From positions 139,162-203,161 of the forward strand of contig DAHVZI010000002.1 of NCBI GenBank assembly GCA_027330985.1: a DNA stretch of 64,000 nt, written 5' to 3'. This DNA is from Candidatus Uhrbacteria bacterium (GTDB lineage: Bacteria; Patescibacteriota; Patescibacteriia; 2-12-FULL-60-25). Each line of letters opens with the position of its first letter. The stretch's first letter is position 1. Positions 1 to 8,933 of the stretch are shown in pieces. The notes under the pieces are model-generated. The model was not told the DNA's origin. It made no database searches and saw only the letters and a list, made by a program, of their open reading frames with translations. Made by a program: the position numbers and the translations under genes.

Positions 1-133
1 TCGCTTCAGGCCTGAATTGAGGATTAGACGGTACGACATCAGCTTCGGGTAAGACGGGAGAAACAGGGGCTACACTGGAGTCGAGTTGTGTCTCGACAAG
101 ATATGTATTAAAGTCTGGAAAAGAAGCAAACAT

Positions 134-1270
134 ATGTCTACGACATATAAACAGCGGGTCAGCCAAATCCTCGAGGGTACGGGCATAACGCTGAACGGCT
201 CGGAGCCATGGGACATCCATGTAACTGACGAGCGGTTTTATCCTCGTGTCTTGTCGGACGGGTCGATCGGACTCGGCGAGTCCTATATGGACGGTTGGTG
301 GGAGTGTGACCGGATTGATGAAGCGGTTTCCCGTCTTCTTCGATACGACATACCTTCAAGGCTGAAGATAAATCCTGCCTTGGTATGGAGCGTAGTCAGC
401 GCCAAGCTCACGAACAGACAGAGCGAAAAACGCGCTTTCCACATCGGTCAAGTACATTACGATATAGGCAATGACCTGTATCAAACCATGCTCGATAAGC
501 GGATGACGTACACCTGCGGTTATTGGAAATCGGCGGAAGAACCGAATCGGGCGATTACCCTGGACGAGGCGCAGGAAGCCAAACTAGATCTGGTATGCCG
601 TAAGATCGGGTTGAAGGCGGGTCAGCGGGTGCTTGATATCGGTTGCGGCTGGGGGAGCTTCGCGAAGTTCGCCGCGGAAAGATACGGGGCAGAGGTCGTA
701 GGCGTCACCGTCTCAAAGGAACAACAGAAGCTCGGAAAGGAATTGTGCAGCGGGTTGCCGGTAGAGATTCGTCTGCAGGACTATCGCGATGTCAATGAAT
801 CCTTCGACCACGTCGTGTCTTTGGGCATGATCGAACACGTGGGCTGCAAGAACTACCGAACGATGTATCAGGTCGTCGACAGGTGCATGAAGGATGACGG
901 TCTTTTCCTGCTGCATACGATCGGAGGGAACAAGTCAGCCCATACGACCGATCCTTGGATAGAGAAATACATCTTCCCCAACAGCATGCTGCCGTCAGTC
1001 AAGCAGTTGGCGGCTGCGGCGGAACGGATTTTCGTGATGGAGGATTGGCATAACTTCGGTACCGATTATGACAGGACGTTGATGGAATGGGACCGTAATT
1101 TCGAAACGCATTGGGATTCGCTGAAAGACAGATATGACGAGCGCTTCCGCCGCATGTGGCGTTATTATCTGCTGGCTTGCGCCGGTTCGTTCCGTTCACG
1201 CGAAAATCAGTTGTGGCAAATCGTGTATTCCAAAAAAGGCGTGCTCGGCGGATACGTGGCTGTCCGCTGA
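134..1270 (+). CDS. cfa: cyclopropane-fatty-acyl-phospholipid synthase
   Basis: Near full-length similarity to E. coli Cfa: GESYMDGWWEC, LDIGCGWG SAM motif, FVMEDWHNFG, C-terminal QLWQ(I/V)V. ATG at 134 is inside the TTG-initiated ORF 86..1270. Confidence 0.9.
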   Translation: MSTTYKQRVSQILEGTGITLNGSEPWDIHVTDERFYPRVLSDGSIGLGESYMDGWWECDRIDEAVSRLLRYDIPSRLKINPALVWSVVSAKLTNRQSEKRAFHIGQVHYDIGNDLYQTMLDKRMTYTCGYWKSAEEPNRAITLDEAQEAKLDLVCRKIGLKAGQRVLDIGCGWGSFAKFAAERYGAEVVGVTVSKEQQKLGKELCSGLPVEIRLQDYRDVNESFDHVVSLGMIEHVGCKNYRTMYQVVDRCMKDDGLFLLHTIGGNKSAHTTDPWIEKYIFPNSMLPSVKQLAAAAERIFVMEDWHNFGTDYDRTLMEWDRNFETHWDSLKDRYDERFRRMWRYYLLACAGSFRSRENQLWQIVYSKKGVLGGYVAVR

Positions 1271-1283
1271 TGGAGTTGCGTTG

Positions 1284-1314
1284 AAAAAAGAGACTCCCTG
1301 GTCAGGGGAGTCTC
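1284..1314. terminator. bidirectional hairpin between convergent cfa and VanW-like genes
   Basis: Perfect 9-bp stem GAGACTCCC/GGGAGTCTC with a 7-nt loop. It is preceded by an A6 tract, which is a T-tract on the minus strand. It overlaps the minus-strand stop codon. Confidence 0.55.
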
Positions 1315-2131
1315 AGATCATCTCGACTGCCGCATCGGCAGGGGGTTCGTATTTCATCTCGCAGAAGTTATCCATGATCAACTCTTCACCCAGCGGCTGA
1401 CCGGTTTTGGTGTCGCGGCGTTCGCGGAATATCCTGTTCGCCCGGAAATTCTTGCCGTCTATCTTGCGGCGTAGGTAGCGGTGGTCGCGTTCGTTAATGT
1501 GATAGCGTTCGGGGATGTCTTTTTCGGAGCGTATCTCTCCTTTAAGATGTTGGTCCGTGACCCAAACGGAGATCTGGAATGTCTGGTCGGTCGGATTGTA
1601 GCACTGCAAGTCTACGTAATTATAGAAGAGGGTAGCGCCGGTGCCGAACGGTACGGTGCGGCCGGAGTCGGGGAAGGCATCGAAGCCGTGATGGAAACGC
1701 TCGGTAACGATGAGCGGCGTATGCAAAAACATCCAGTGCAACAAGTTGGCCATCTGGCATAACCCACCGCCGATGCCCGAAGTCACTTCGCCATTGGCCA
1801 AAAGCAGACCTTCGACATAGCCTTTATTTTTGGTAGGGCGTCCGACCAGCTTCCAGAGCGAGAACGTTTCATGAGGCCGGATGGTGACTGAATTGATATG
1901 GCGAGACGCTAGCCTTAGGTTTGTGATTTTGTTGCGTTGGAGGCGTAGGTCGGTCGAGCCGAGTTTGCGGATCAAGAGCGACTGGTGACGGAAGATCGTG
2001 ACGGGCAATAGGTCTGAAACGCGGCGATGAGCGTATCTTTTGGAATCCAAATGCCAAGCCAAACGTCGCTTGGCTTGGAGACCAAGTGAACAGGCTGGTG
2101 CAATTTTGGGGAATCGTTTGGCTAAGCTCAT
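1313..2131 (-). CDS. VanW-like domain protein
   Basis: ORF of 272 aa. The central region resembles VanW family proteins (ETFSLWKLVGRPTKNKGY...GGGLCQ). No close named homolog recognised beyond the domain. Confidence 0.55.
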   Translation of the reverse strand: MSLAKRFPKIAPACSLGLQAKRRLAWHLDSKRYAHRRVSDLLPVTIFRHQSLLIRKLGSTDLRLQRNKITNLRLASRHINSVTIRPHETFSLWKLVGRPTKNKGYVEGLLLANGEVTSGIGGGLCQMANLLHWMFLHTPLIVTERFHHGFDAFPDSGRTVPFGTGATLFYNYVDLQCYNPTDQTFQISVWVTDQHLKGEIRSEKDIPERYHINERDHRYLRRKIDGKNFRANRIFRERRDTKTGQPLGEELIMDNFCEMKYEPPADAAVEMI

Positions 2132-2219
2132 AAAAATGCGCTAATTTAGCACTATTTTGTTGTTTTGTCAACCGAATATATCTCGGTTCTTGGTTATATA
2201 ACGGGTAAGTAGCGCATTC

Positions 2220-2250
2220 TTGACAAAAAGGCGAGTTTTTCCTATTGTTT
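2220..2250 (+). promoter_or_regulatory. sigma70-like promoter (TTGACA-17-TATTGT)
   Basis: TTGACA at about 2220, a 17-nt spacer, then TATTGT, upstream of the wHTH fusion gene. Confidence 0.4.
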
Positions 2251-2256
2251 GATTAT

Positions 2257-2289
2257 CAATAAACGTTGATTATGTATCAATATGTTAGA
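2257..2289 (+). promoter_or_regulatory. putative operator: two TTGAT-N-ATCAA inverted repeats
   Basis: ttgattatcaa and ttgattatgtatcaa are arranged in tandem. They overlap the RBS and start codon of the wHTH gene at 2282. Confidence 0.45.
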
Positions 2290-4105
2290 TAAGCTTTTTG
2301 GATCCAAGACACGAGTCGTCATCTTGTCTTTATTCTTCTCTGACCCCGAACAAGAGCTGTATATCCAAGAAGTCATCAAACGTACGGGTTTGGATCCAGC
2401 CAGCGTCCATCGCGAGCTGACTAAATTGAAGGAGCTCGAGATTCTGGCGTCACGAGATAACGGGAACCAGAAGAATTTTTACCTCAACAGCAAGAGTCCG
2501 TATCTTGATGGACTGAAGAATCTGCTCAAGACCTATGAAGCCGAGTCCCATAAGGACGCTTTTTTCCTGTTCGAGGAATTCTTCGGTTACGGCCCTCAGA
2601 TCGCGGCGGATTTCATGAATGTCGCGGTCTCGAACGCTTTGTTCGAAAAGCTTGGGCTGAAGAGCAGGCTGACCAAGACGATCACGATCTACGAAGATGA
2701 GTATTGGAAAGCCCATTTCATCAAGCAGGAATTCGATGATGTTTCGCGGGAGATCGTCGATCTGATGATCCAGCGTCCGGAATTCTTCGTGGATTTCAAC
2801 CGCGAGTTGATGGCCTGCTCGAACGAGTTGATGGATTTTTCGAATAGCGTCCTGGCCACCAACCTTTCGGGAATGACCGATATCCGATTGGGTGAATTGT
2901 ATGAGAAGGCATTTTCCCTGTATGAGAAGGCGCATATGATGGGTTGGCCGCAGAACGCAGCTGATTTCGGACAGGGCATGCTGAGCAAGTATTTGAGGCG
3001 ATATCTCTCGGACAAGCTGGGGCCTGGGCGGCAAGGCGAGTTGAATGACCTGTTCATAGCCCTGACTACTCCTGAGGAAGAAAGCTATGCCCAGAAGGAA
3101 TGGCGCGAGTTGGTGAAGATATATGACCGCATCAGTTCCGATCCAGTCGCCCGGCAACTCTTCGCAGGTTCAGATCTGCATCTGATAACGGAAGAATTGC
3201 CGCAAAAGAACGAGGCTATCCATGCATCGATAAGGAAGCATGCCAAGGAATTCGGTTTTTTGGGTTATGGGGCGACTGGACCTGCCTGGAACGAAGATTA
3301 TTTCATCGATATCCTGGCGAGTTTCGCCCGACAAGGGAAACGGGCGGATGCCTTGTCTGAAGAAGCGGGTCAGAACAGGAAAGCGTCGCAGAAGACCTTG
3401 GCTGATTGGGAGCTCGCGGCGGGATTGGATGAAAAGCATAAAGCGATCTTCAACATAGCCCGAAGCTTCGTGTTCACGAAAGGTTTCCGTAAAGATGTGA
3501 TGTTCCATCATTGGTGGGTAATGGAGAACGTATTGCGGGAAATAGGAAGACGGAAGTATCTCTCGCTCAAGCAGGTCAGGTTCATGCATCCGCGTGAGAT
3601 CTCCGCCATGATGAAAGGCCTGAAAGTGGACACGAGCGATTTGAGCCAAAGGCCGAAGTTCAGCGTATTCTTTTCCGATGGTCCATACGATTCCGACGTC
3701 ATCTTGACCGGCGAGAAGGCAAAGGATTTCCTTTCCCGTTTCGAGTTCGTGACGGATGCGCAAGTCGAAGTGAACGAGCTGCATGGCGAATGCGCGTCAC
3801 CGGGCAAGGTGAGGGGTTTGTGCAAGATCGTGAATAGCGTGGCTGATATGGCGAAGATGGAGAAAGGCGACGTACTTATCTCCTTGGCGACCAGTCCTGA
3901 ATTGGTGCCGGCCATCAAGCAGGCGGCGGCGATCGTGACGAATGCCGGCGGCATAACATGCCACGCGGCGATCATCTCACGTGAGCTAGCCATTCCTTGC
4001 GTCATCGGGACGAAGAACGCGACCAAGGTCTTGAGGGACGGCGATCTGGTGGATGTGGACGCGGGTCATGGCAAGGTCAGCATCCTCGAGAGATCGGCGA
4101 TATGA
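2282..4105 (+). CDS. winged-helix DNA-binding domain fused to a PEP-utilising-enzyme-like kinase core with C-terminal mobile phospho-His domain
   Basis: N-terminus LFGSKTRVVILSLFF...VHRELTKLKELEIL is wHTH-like and shared with the gene at 51821. The C-terminus GGITCHAAIISRELAIPCVIG...DGDLVDVDAGHGKV matches the PEP-utilisers swivel His motif (GGxTSHAAIxAREL). Confidence 0.7.
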   Translation: MLDKLFGSKTRVVILSLFFSDPEQELYIQEVIKRTGLDPASVHRELTKLKELEILASRDNGNQKNFYLNSKSPYLDGLKNLLKTYEAESHKDAFFLFEEFFGYGPQIAADFMNVAVSNALFEKLGLKSRLTKTITIYEDEYWKAHFIKQEFDDVSREIVDLMIQRPEFFVDFNRELMACSNELMDFSNSVLATNLSGMTDIRLGELYEKAFSLYEKAHMMGWPQNAADFGQGMLSKYLRRYLSDKLGPGRQGELNDLFIALTTPEEESYAQKEWRELVKIYDRISSDPVARQLFAGSDLHLITEELPQKNEAIHASIRKHAKEFGFLGYGATGPAWNEDYFIDILASFARQGKRADALSEEAGQNRKASQKTLADWELAAGLDEKHKAIFNIARSFVFTKGFRKDVMFHHWWVMENVLREIGRRKYLSLKQVRFMHPREISAMMKGLKVDTSDLSQRPKFSVFFSDGPYDSDVILTGEKAKDFLSRFEFVTDAQVEVNELHGECASPGKVRGLCKIVNSVADMAKMEKGDVLISLATSPELVPAIKQAAAIVTNAGGITCHAAIISRELAIPCVIGTKNATKVLRDGDLVDVDAGHGKVSILERSAI

Positions 4106-4140
4106 TTTCCAGATAATCGAAATCCAGATATTATATAAGT

Positions 4141-4941
4141 GTGCGACTTTTGATACCGTTGGTTTTCCTTTTGGAAGCCGTATTATTGGCCATGGTCTTG
4201 TCGACCAGCAATCCGAACCTCGACCAGAAGGATCATGCCGGTGGAGCGGCTACGTCAGTCGTCTCTGCCGTCGGACAGACGCAGACCGAGGAAGCGATGC
4301 CGGTTCCCGTCGAGAAAACCAAAGAGACTGAAGCGCCAAGCGTCCAAACTTTTCCGCGAAAGTTGGTTCTTCCCGTACCTTTCGTGACGGAAGCTCCTGA
4401 AGGCAGCTGGAAAAGCCCTTGGATCAACGCTTGCGAAGAAGCGAGCATGGTCATGGTGGACGGTTTCTATTCAGGTAAGGAATCTGTCGAACCGGCTGAT
4501 GCGGCCAAGAAGATGCGTGAGTTGTTCGTCTATCAGAACGATATCTGGGGTTCGAACGCGAATTCCGACGCGGATCGTACGTTAAAGATAATCGAGGACA
4601 ATTTCACAACATATGGCGCCCGAGCTGTGATTAATCCGACGATCGACGGAATCAAGGCGGAACTTCGCGCTAGACATCCCGTCATTTCGCTGCATTACGG
4701 GAAGGATTTGCAGAACAAGAATATCCCGTTCGCCACGTATGGTTCGTATTACCACATGCTAGTCATCATCGGATACGACGATGAGACGAAGGAATTCATC
4801 ACCAATGATGACGGCGATATGAAGACCGGCGCAGGACATCGTTATGGTTACGATCTCCTCATGCATAGCCTGCATGATTATGACTTTGCGACAAAGAAAA
4901 CCGATAAGCCGGCGACGGTGCTCTTCACTTTCACGAAATAA
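4141..4941 (+). CDS. secreted papain-like (peptidase C39-like) domain protein
   Basis: GTG start with an N-terminal hydrophobic segment. Candidate catalytic Cys (WINACEEASMVM) and His (GHRYGYD) have spacing like Peptidase_C39_2/BtrH-like proteins. Confidence 0.5.
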   Translation: MRLLIPLVFLLEAVLLAMVLSTSNPNLDQKDHAGGAATSVVSAVGQTQTEEAMPVPVEKTKETEAPSVQTFPRKLVLPVPFVTEAPEGSWKSPWINACEEASMVMVDGFYSGKESVEPADAAKKMRELFVYQNDIWGSNANSDADRTLKIIEDNFTTYGARAVINPTIDGIKAELRARHPVISLHYGKDLQNKNIPFATYGSYYHMLVIIGYDDETKEFITNDDGDMKTGAGHRYGYDLLMHSLHDYDFATKKTDKPATVLFTFTK

Positions 4942-4962
4942 AAAGAATACGAAAGTATCGAT

Positions 4963-4973
4963 GTGGTATAATA
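4963..4973 (+). promoter_or_regulatory. extended -10 promoter element (TGTGGTATAAT)
   Basis: TGnTATAAT lies about 10 nt upstream of the ATG at 4983. Confidence 0.4.
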
Positions 4974-4982
4974 TCCCAAAAT

Positions 4983-6203
4983 ATGCCACGCAAAATATCC
5001 GTCAAGAAACCCTCTAAGCCCGTTCCGGCGCAGAAGCCGACTCCTGCTCCGGCCCCGGTCTCTTTGCGCATGCCGGAGATGCCGACACTTACCGAGCAGC
5101 CTAAGCCGGCTGTGGCGGTTACATCAAAAAAACCCCGAAGGGTGAGTGTACTTTTCGCGTTGTTCGCCTTTTTGTTGGCTATCGGCTTATTAGTCATGGC
5201 ATATGCGGTTTATCTCACCCAGCTGAATCTGACTTATACGACGGAAGAGAACCGGACTTTGCGCCAAGCCATAACCTTGATGCAGAAAGAGGCTGCCCTG
5301 CCGGCGATCGGCGGTACCATGACGACTACCAGCGGCATCGGTGACGGTACGCTTTCCGCTCAGCTGAAGAGCGCACAAGATCTGCAGAATCAAGTGCTGC
5401 AGAAGCTGTCTGACGACTGGAAGAACGATCCAGGCTTGAGCAACGGAGTCGGTGATCCTTTGGACGAGAAATATGTCTATCCGAATGCTTTCGACAAGGG
5501 TGAAGGCGACGTTCCACCCGCAAACGGAACGCATTACTACAGCCTGCCGTCGAACGGCGGTGATAAGATGTTGAGGGCTTATTTCATCTGCACGAGCGCA
5601 ATCGCGAGTGCCGACGCTCCGGTCTGCGGAAAATGGGAAGAGGAACTTTGGGTATACGATACAAAGACGCAAGGCCTGACTTATGTGGCGAAACTGCAAT
5701 CGGTCATCGGATCCAATTTCGAATACATCGATATGCCGTTCGCTTGGAGCAAGGATGACCGTCTGATCATCGTCAAAGATGTGATTCTGGGTTTGGGCGC
5801 AGGCGGCAGTGCGACAAGACCGGCATATAGGACTCTGGACACAGCAAAAGGCAATAACGCGAATGAGCAGAAGCCGGTTTTCCTTGCCACGGATTCCGCT
5901 GATTTCTATGATACCTTCGGGAAGGTGATCTATCTGGACCAGGGCGATAAGTCGGTCAAATATATCCAACCTGGACCGCCGAACAACAGCAAAATTGTCT
6001 ATAAGAATATCTTGGGCGGGCAGACAAGGGTCTTGTTGGAGGATCCGGATACGGAGTATGAGTTGATGGGCATAGATACCGAGAAGAAAGTAGAGACGTA
6101 CAAGGCGACGAAATATACATTTGACGACAAGTGTCCGCGCGCCGACGGCAACCAGGATTGCGCAAAGAAGGAAACGGCTGACGGTGAGATCGAGTTACCG
6201 TAA
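4983..6203 (+). CDS. membrane-anchored hypothetical protein (Pro-rich N-terminus, one TM helix, extracytoplasmic domain)
   Basis: ORF of 406 aa. Pro/Lys-rich N-terminus, then a TM helix (VLFALFAFLLAIGLLVMAYAVYL). No recognised domain. Confidence 0.55.
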   Translation: MPRKISVKKPSKPVPAQKPTPAPAPVSLRMPEMPTLTEQPKPAVAVTSKKPRRVSVLFALFAFLLAIGLLVMAYAVYLTQLNLTYTTEENRTLRQAITLMQKEAALPAIGGTMTTTSGIGDGTLSAQLKSAQDLQNQVLQKLSDDWKNDPGLSNGVGDPLDEKYVYPNAFDKGEGDVPPANGTHYYSLPSNGGDKMLRAYFICTSAIASADAPVCGKWEEELWVYDTKTQGLTYVAKLQSVIGSNFEYIDMPFAWSKDDRLIIVKDVILGLGAGGSATRPAYRTLDTAKGNNANEQKPVFLATDSADFYDTFGKVIYLDQGDKSVKYIQPGPPNNSKIVYKNILGGQTRVLLEDPDTEYELMGIDTEKKVETYKATKYTFDDKCPRADGNQDCAKKETADGEIELP

Positions 6204-6220
6204 GTATAGACGAATATACG

Positions 6221-6254
6221 AAAACACCTCGGTAATTAGAACCGGGGTGTTTTC
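6221..6254 (+). terminator. rho-independent terminator
   Basis: AAAACACCTCGG-loop-CCGGGGTGTTTT hairpin followed by T-rich sequence, after the stop at 6203. Confidence 0.55.
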
Positions 6255-6322
6255 GTATAAAGGATTGACAAAACTGCGGTTTTGATTTATGTTTTGCCAT
6301 CGCTTGATCATCGATCGGCGAC

Positions 6323-7003
6323 ATGGGCCGGGAAATGTCTTGGTCGGCACTTTCAACGCAGGAAGGGAAAGCTATGAGTACCATCAAAGGCTTGGTCAAC
6401 CTCCCGCACGGTGGGATGTACGCGACGACCGAGGCGGTTCTGCATGAACTCTTCAGGACGATCGGCGACATGGGCTATGTCGCGAAGCCCAGGCAGACCG
6501 ACGGGCATGATCCGCTCCATCCCGAGTGGGTGATCGAGCCAGGAGAGGGATCTTCAGGCAGGCGCTCGAAATATGTGCACGAGGCTTGGCATTGGGCTCC
6601 GCTCGAGCCTGACCCCAAGCTGCACGAGATCATGCTGACGTCGATAGGGATGCCCTATGACTGCGGGATGTATCTGCAGGATGATACCCCGGGTTTCCAC
6701 GAAATCCATCTTACGCGCCTGCGTTTGTTCGTCGCCGGACTCACGAAGCTCGACATCGCGGCGTGGGATGCGATGGTCGCACGGACGCCGAAGTCGGGTC
6801 CGGAGTTCATCCGCGGCATGGCGGCGTTCTGCCATCCGGACGCGGTCGTGACCGACGTACCGAACGAGGGCAACCTCTTCGTAGCGCTCGGACGCGCGCT
6901 GTCGGGCAGGAAGCCGTCGCGACGCGAGATGGAGGCGGCCGGTAATGCCTGGAGACGGCGCGACCGCGGTCCGGCTCTGCGTAAGCTCGTCGATGACCGC
7001 TGA
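6323..7003 (+). CDS. hypothetical protein (GC-rich island)
   Basis: ORF of 226 aa in a visibly GC-rich stretch. An alternative start is at 6374 (MSTIKG). An opposite-strand ORF 6554..7042 is shorter and probably spurious. Confidence 0.45.
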   Translation: MGREMSWSALSTQEGKAMSTIKGLVNLPHGGMYATTEAVLHELFRTIGDMGYVAKPRQTDGHDPLHPEWVIEPGEGSSGRRSKYVHEAWHWAPLEPDPKLHEIMLTSIGMPYDCGMYLQDDTPGFHEIHLTRLRLFVAGLTKLDIAAWDAMVARTPKSGPEFIRGMAAFCHPDAVVTDVPNEGNLFVALGRALSGRKPSRREMEAAGNAWRRRDRGPALRKLVDDR

Positions 7004-7071
7004 AGAAGTCCGAATCTGCTTGAGGCTTGGGAGAAATCCCAAGCCTCTTCTCTTTATGCTAAGCTATCGGC

Positions 7072-8058
7072 ATGCCAGCACAAAAAATCAGTTTGCCGCA
7101 GGACGAGGGAATTCAGAAGGATCCGATCGAATGGTGGTATTGGAGTGGTCATGCCAAAGGTATGGACGGTAATACCTATTCCTTCATGTTGGCCTTGTTC
7201 AAGGTGCGACCGTTGCCCTACCGAAAAGTCCCCGCGGTCTGGTTCGTGCATTCTTTGGTGTCATGCATCGATACGGGAGAGTTCGAGCCGCATATCGAAT
7301 TCTTCCTGAAAGGATTGGATCGGGGCAGCTTCAGCGGCAAGCAATTCAAGGCGAGCGTCAAGGAAAGGCTGAAGGTCGGTAAAAAAGGCGAGGGCAACTA
7401 CCATATCCAGACGCCGCGCATGGAGTTCGATCTGCACGCATTGAAACCGGTGATGTTGGTGGGTGGGACGGGAAACGTGGATCTGAAAAGCTCAACCACG
7501 ACTTATTATTCTTGGCCGCGGATGTCGGCTAAAGGCAGGTTACGGTTGAAGGGAAGCGTCCCGTGGGTAGAAGCCGAGGGCATGGTCTGGATGGACCATC
7601 AATGGAGCCCGATTTCGTTGCACGGCGAACACGTGTGGCGTTGGTTCTGTTTCCAGCTGGACGATGGGACCGACGCGATGTGTTTCGAATATGGACGCAA
7701 GAAGCGCGCAGCCATGGTGACCTTATCCGATGGCCACGGCGGCACGACCTTCAGCCACAAGGTGGATATCATACCTTTGGGCGAGAGCTGGATCAGCCCC
7801 ACGACAGGGGCGGCCTATCCTTTGGAATGGAAGATCACTGCGCCGGAGTTGGATTTCGAAGTGACATGCCGAGCTCGGGTAAAAGAACAGGAGATGCTGT
7901 TCGGTCTGATGAACTATTGGGAGGGGCCTTTGGCCGCTGAAGCTATGCTTAACGGTAAAAAAACCGAAGGCTCGGGTTTCATGGAACTGGTCGGGTTTCC
8001 GAGGCGTCGATCATTGCCTGCGGTAGCCATGGAAGGTTTGAAGAGATTGTTCAAGTGA
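7072..8058 (+). CDS. AttH/CrtC-like (hydroxyneurosporene synthase family, lipocalin-like) protein
   Basis: The IEWWYWSGH motif is characteristic of the CrtC/AttH N-terminal domain. 328 aa. Confidence 0.5.
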   Translation: MPAQKISLPQDEGIQKDPIEWWYWSGHAKGMDGNTYSFMLALFKVRPLPYRKVPAVWFVHSLVSCIDTGEFEPHIEFFLKGLDRGSFSGKQFKASVKERLKVGKKGEGNYHIQTPRMEFDLHALKPVMLVGGTGNVDLKSSTTTYYSWPRMSAKGRLRLKGSVPWVEAEGMVWMDHQWSPISLHGEHVWRWFCFQLDDGTDAMCFEYGRKKRAAMVTLSDGHGGTTFSHKVDIIPLGESWISPTTGAAYPLEWKITAPELDFEVTCRARVKEQEMLFGLMNYWEGPLAAEAMLNGKKTEGSGFMELVGFPRRRSLPAVAMEGLKRLFK

Positions 8059-8070
8059 TCGCAGACGTCT

Positions 8071-8418
8071 CTACATCTTATCCGCCACTCCGTCTATCTT
8101 GGCGGCGAGGATGAAATCATTCTGCGACAATCCGTCGATCTGATCGGTGGTGAGAACTATCGTGACCAGGAACCTTTCGTTCCTAATTTCCGGATAATGT
8201 TTTTCGGTTGTCGCGATTTCGCCGATTCCATTGACGAAAAACAGGACGTCAGAGGAATTCTCGAACTCGAATTTTTTTTGGACTTTTTTTCCGTCCGCGG
8301 AGATGATCCAGTCGCCGGCTTGTTTGGCCAAAGCTAATGCCTCCTGTCTTTCTAACGGTATCGTCCAAGGCAGGATCGGTATGCAGTGTCGTTTCCGCAG
8401 ATCGTTTGCGCCGGGCAT
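8071..8418 (-). CDS. pterin-4a-carbinolamine dehydratase (PCD/DCoH)-like
   Basis: C-terminal half aligns to PCD (EKHYPEIRNERFLVTIVLTTDQIDGLSQNDFILAAKIDGV against the HHPE...ITLSTHE...LSERDINLA core). It carries the variant HYP in place of HHP. Confidence 0.6.
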   Translation of the reverse strand: MPGANDLRKRHCIPILPWTIPLERQEALALAKQAGDWIISADGKKVQKKFEFENSSDVLFFVNGIGEIATTEKHYPEIRNERFLVTIVLTTDQIDGLSQNDFILAAKIDGVADKM

Positions 8419-8485
8419 ATGGCATCATGATAGGCCGTGCGCACGGAAGTGCCAATAATCGCGGTTTCTGCTATGCTTTCCGCAT

Positions 8486-8902
8486 ATGGCCTATTGGCTG
8501 CTCAAAATGGAACCCGCCAAGTATTCGTGGGAACAACTGGAGAAAGACGGCGAAACCCTGTGGACCGGTACCCGGAACTATCAGGCGCGGAATCATCTGC
8601 GCGAGATGAAGAAGGGGGATTCCGTATTCGTCTATCATTCAGGTGAAGAGAGGATGATCGTAGGTCTGGCACAAGTCGTCGGTGATGCCGTAGCTGATCC
8701 GACGGCTTCGAGCGGCGATTGGTCAGCCATCACGATCAAGCCCTTGAAGCCCTTAAGTCGGGTCATTTCGTTGGATGAGATCAGGAACACTTATGGGCTG
8801 TCGGTCATGCCTTTGGCCAGCCAATCGAGGCTGACTGTACATCCGGTGAGCGAAGCCCAGGCGGCGATGCTGCTCAAGATCGGCAAGACCGTGATGGGTT
8901 GA
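8486..8902 (+). CDS. EVE (PUA-like) domain protein
   Basis: YWLLKMEPAKYSW...DSVFVYHSGEER pattern, typical of EVE domain proteins. Confidence 0.65.
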   Translation: MAYWLLKMEPAKYSWEQLEKDGETLWTGTRNYQARNHLREMKKGDSVFVYHSGEERMIVGLAQVVGDAVADPTASSGDWSAITIKPLKPLSRVISLDEIRNTYGLSVMPLASQSRLTVHPVSEAQAAMLLKIGKTVMG

Positions 8903-8933
8903 TTTTTTAGGGTTTTTCAGGTTAAATATCCGC

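Noticed and set aside
1869-2171. ORF 1869..2171 (-) overlapping the N-terminus of the VanW-like gene in another frame as evidence of a frameshifted pseudogene
   Set aside because: The 1313..2131 frame already contains the VanW-like core contiguous from its own ATG. The overlapping ORF has a Pro/Ser-rich junk translation.
2450-4026. Antisense ORFs 2450..3157, 2689..3057, 3170..3784 and 3508..4026 inside the wHTH-kinase gene
   Set aside because: They lie entirely within a well-supported 607-aa plus-strand gene with recognisable domains. They are low-complexity with no motifs, so I judge them spurious.
6554-7042. Minus-strand ORF 6554..7042 versus plus-strand 6323..7003
   Set aside because: It is the shorter of the two and Arg-rich. 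The plus ORF is preceded by a plausible promoter (TTGACA at about 6267) and a terminator from the upstream gene. Strand assignment remains moderately uncertain.
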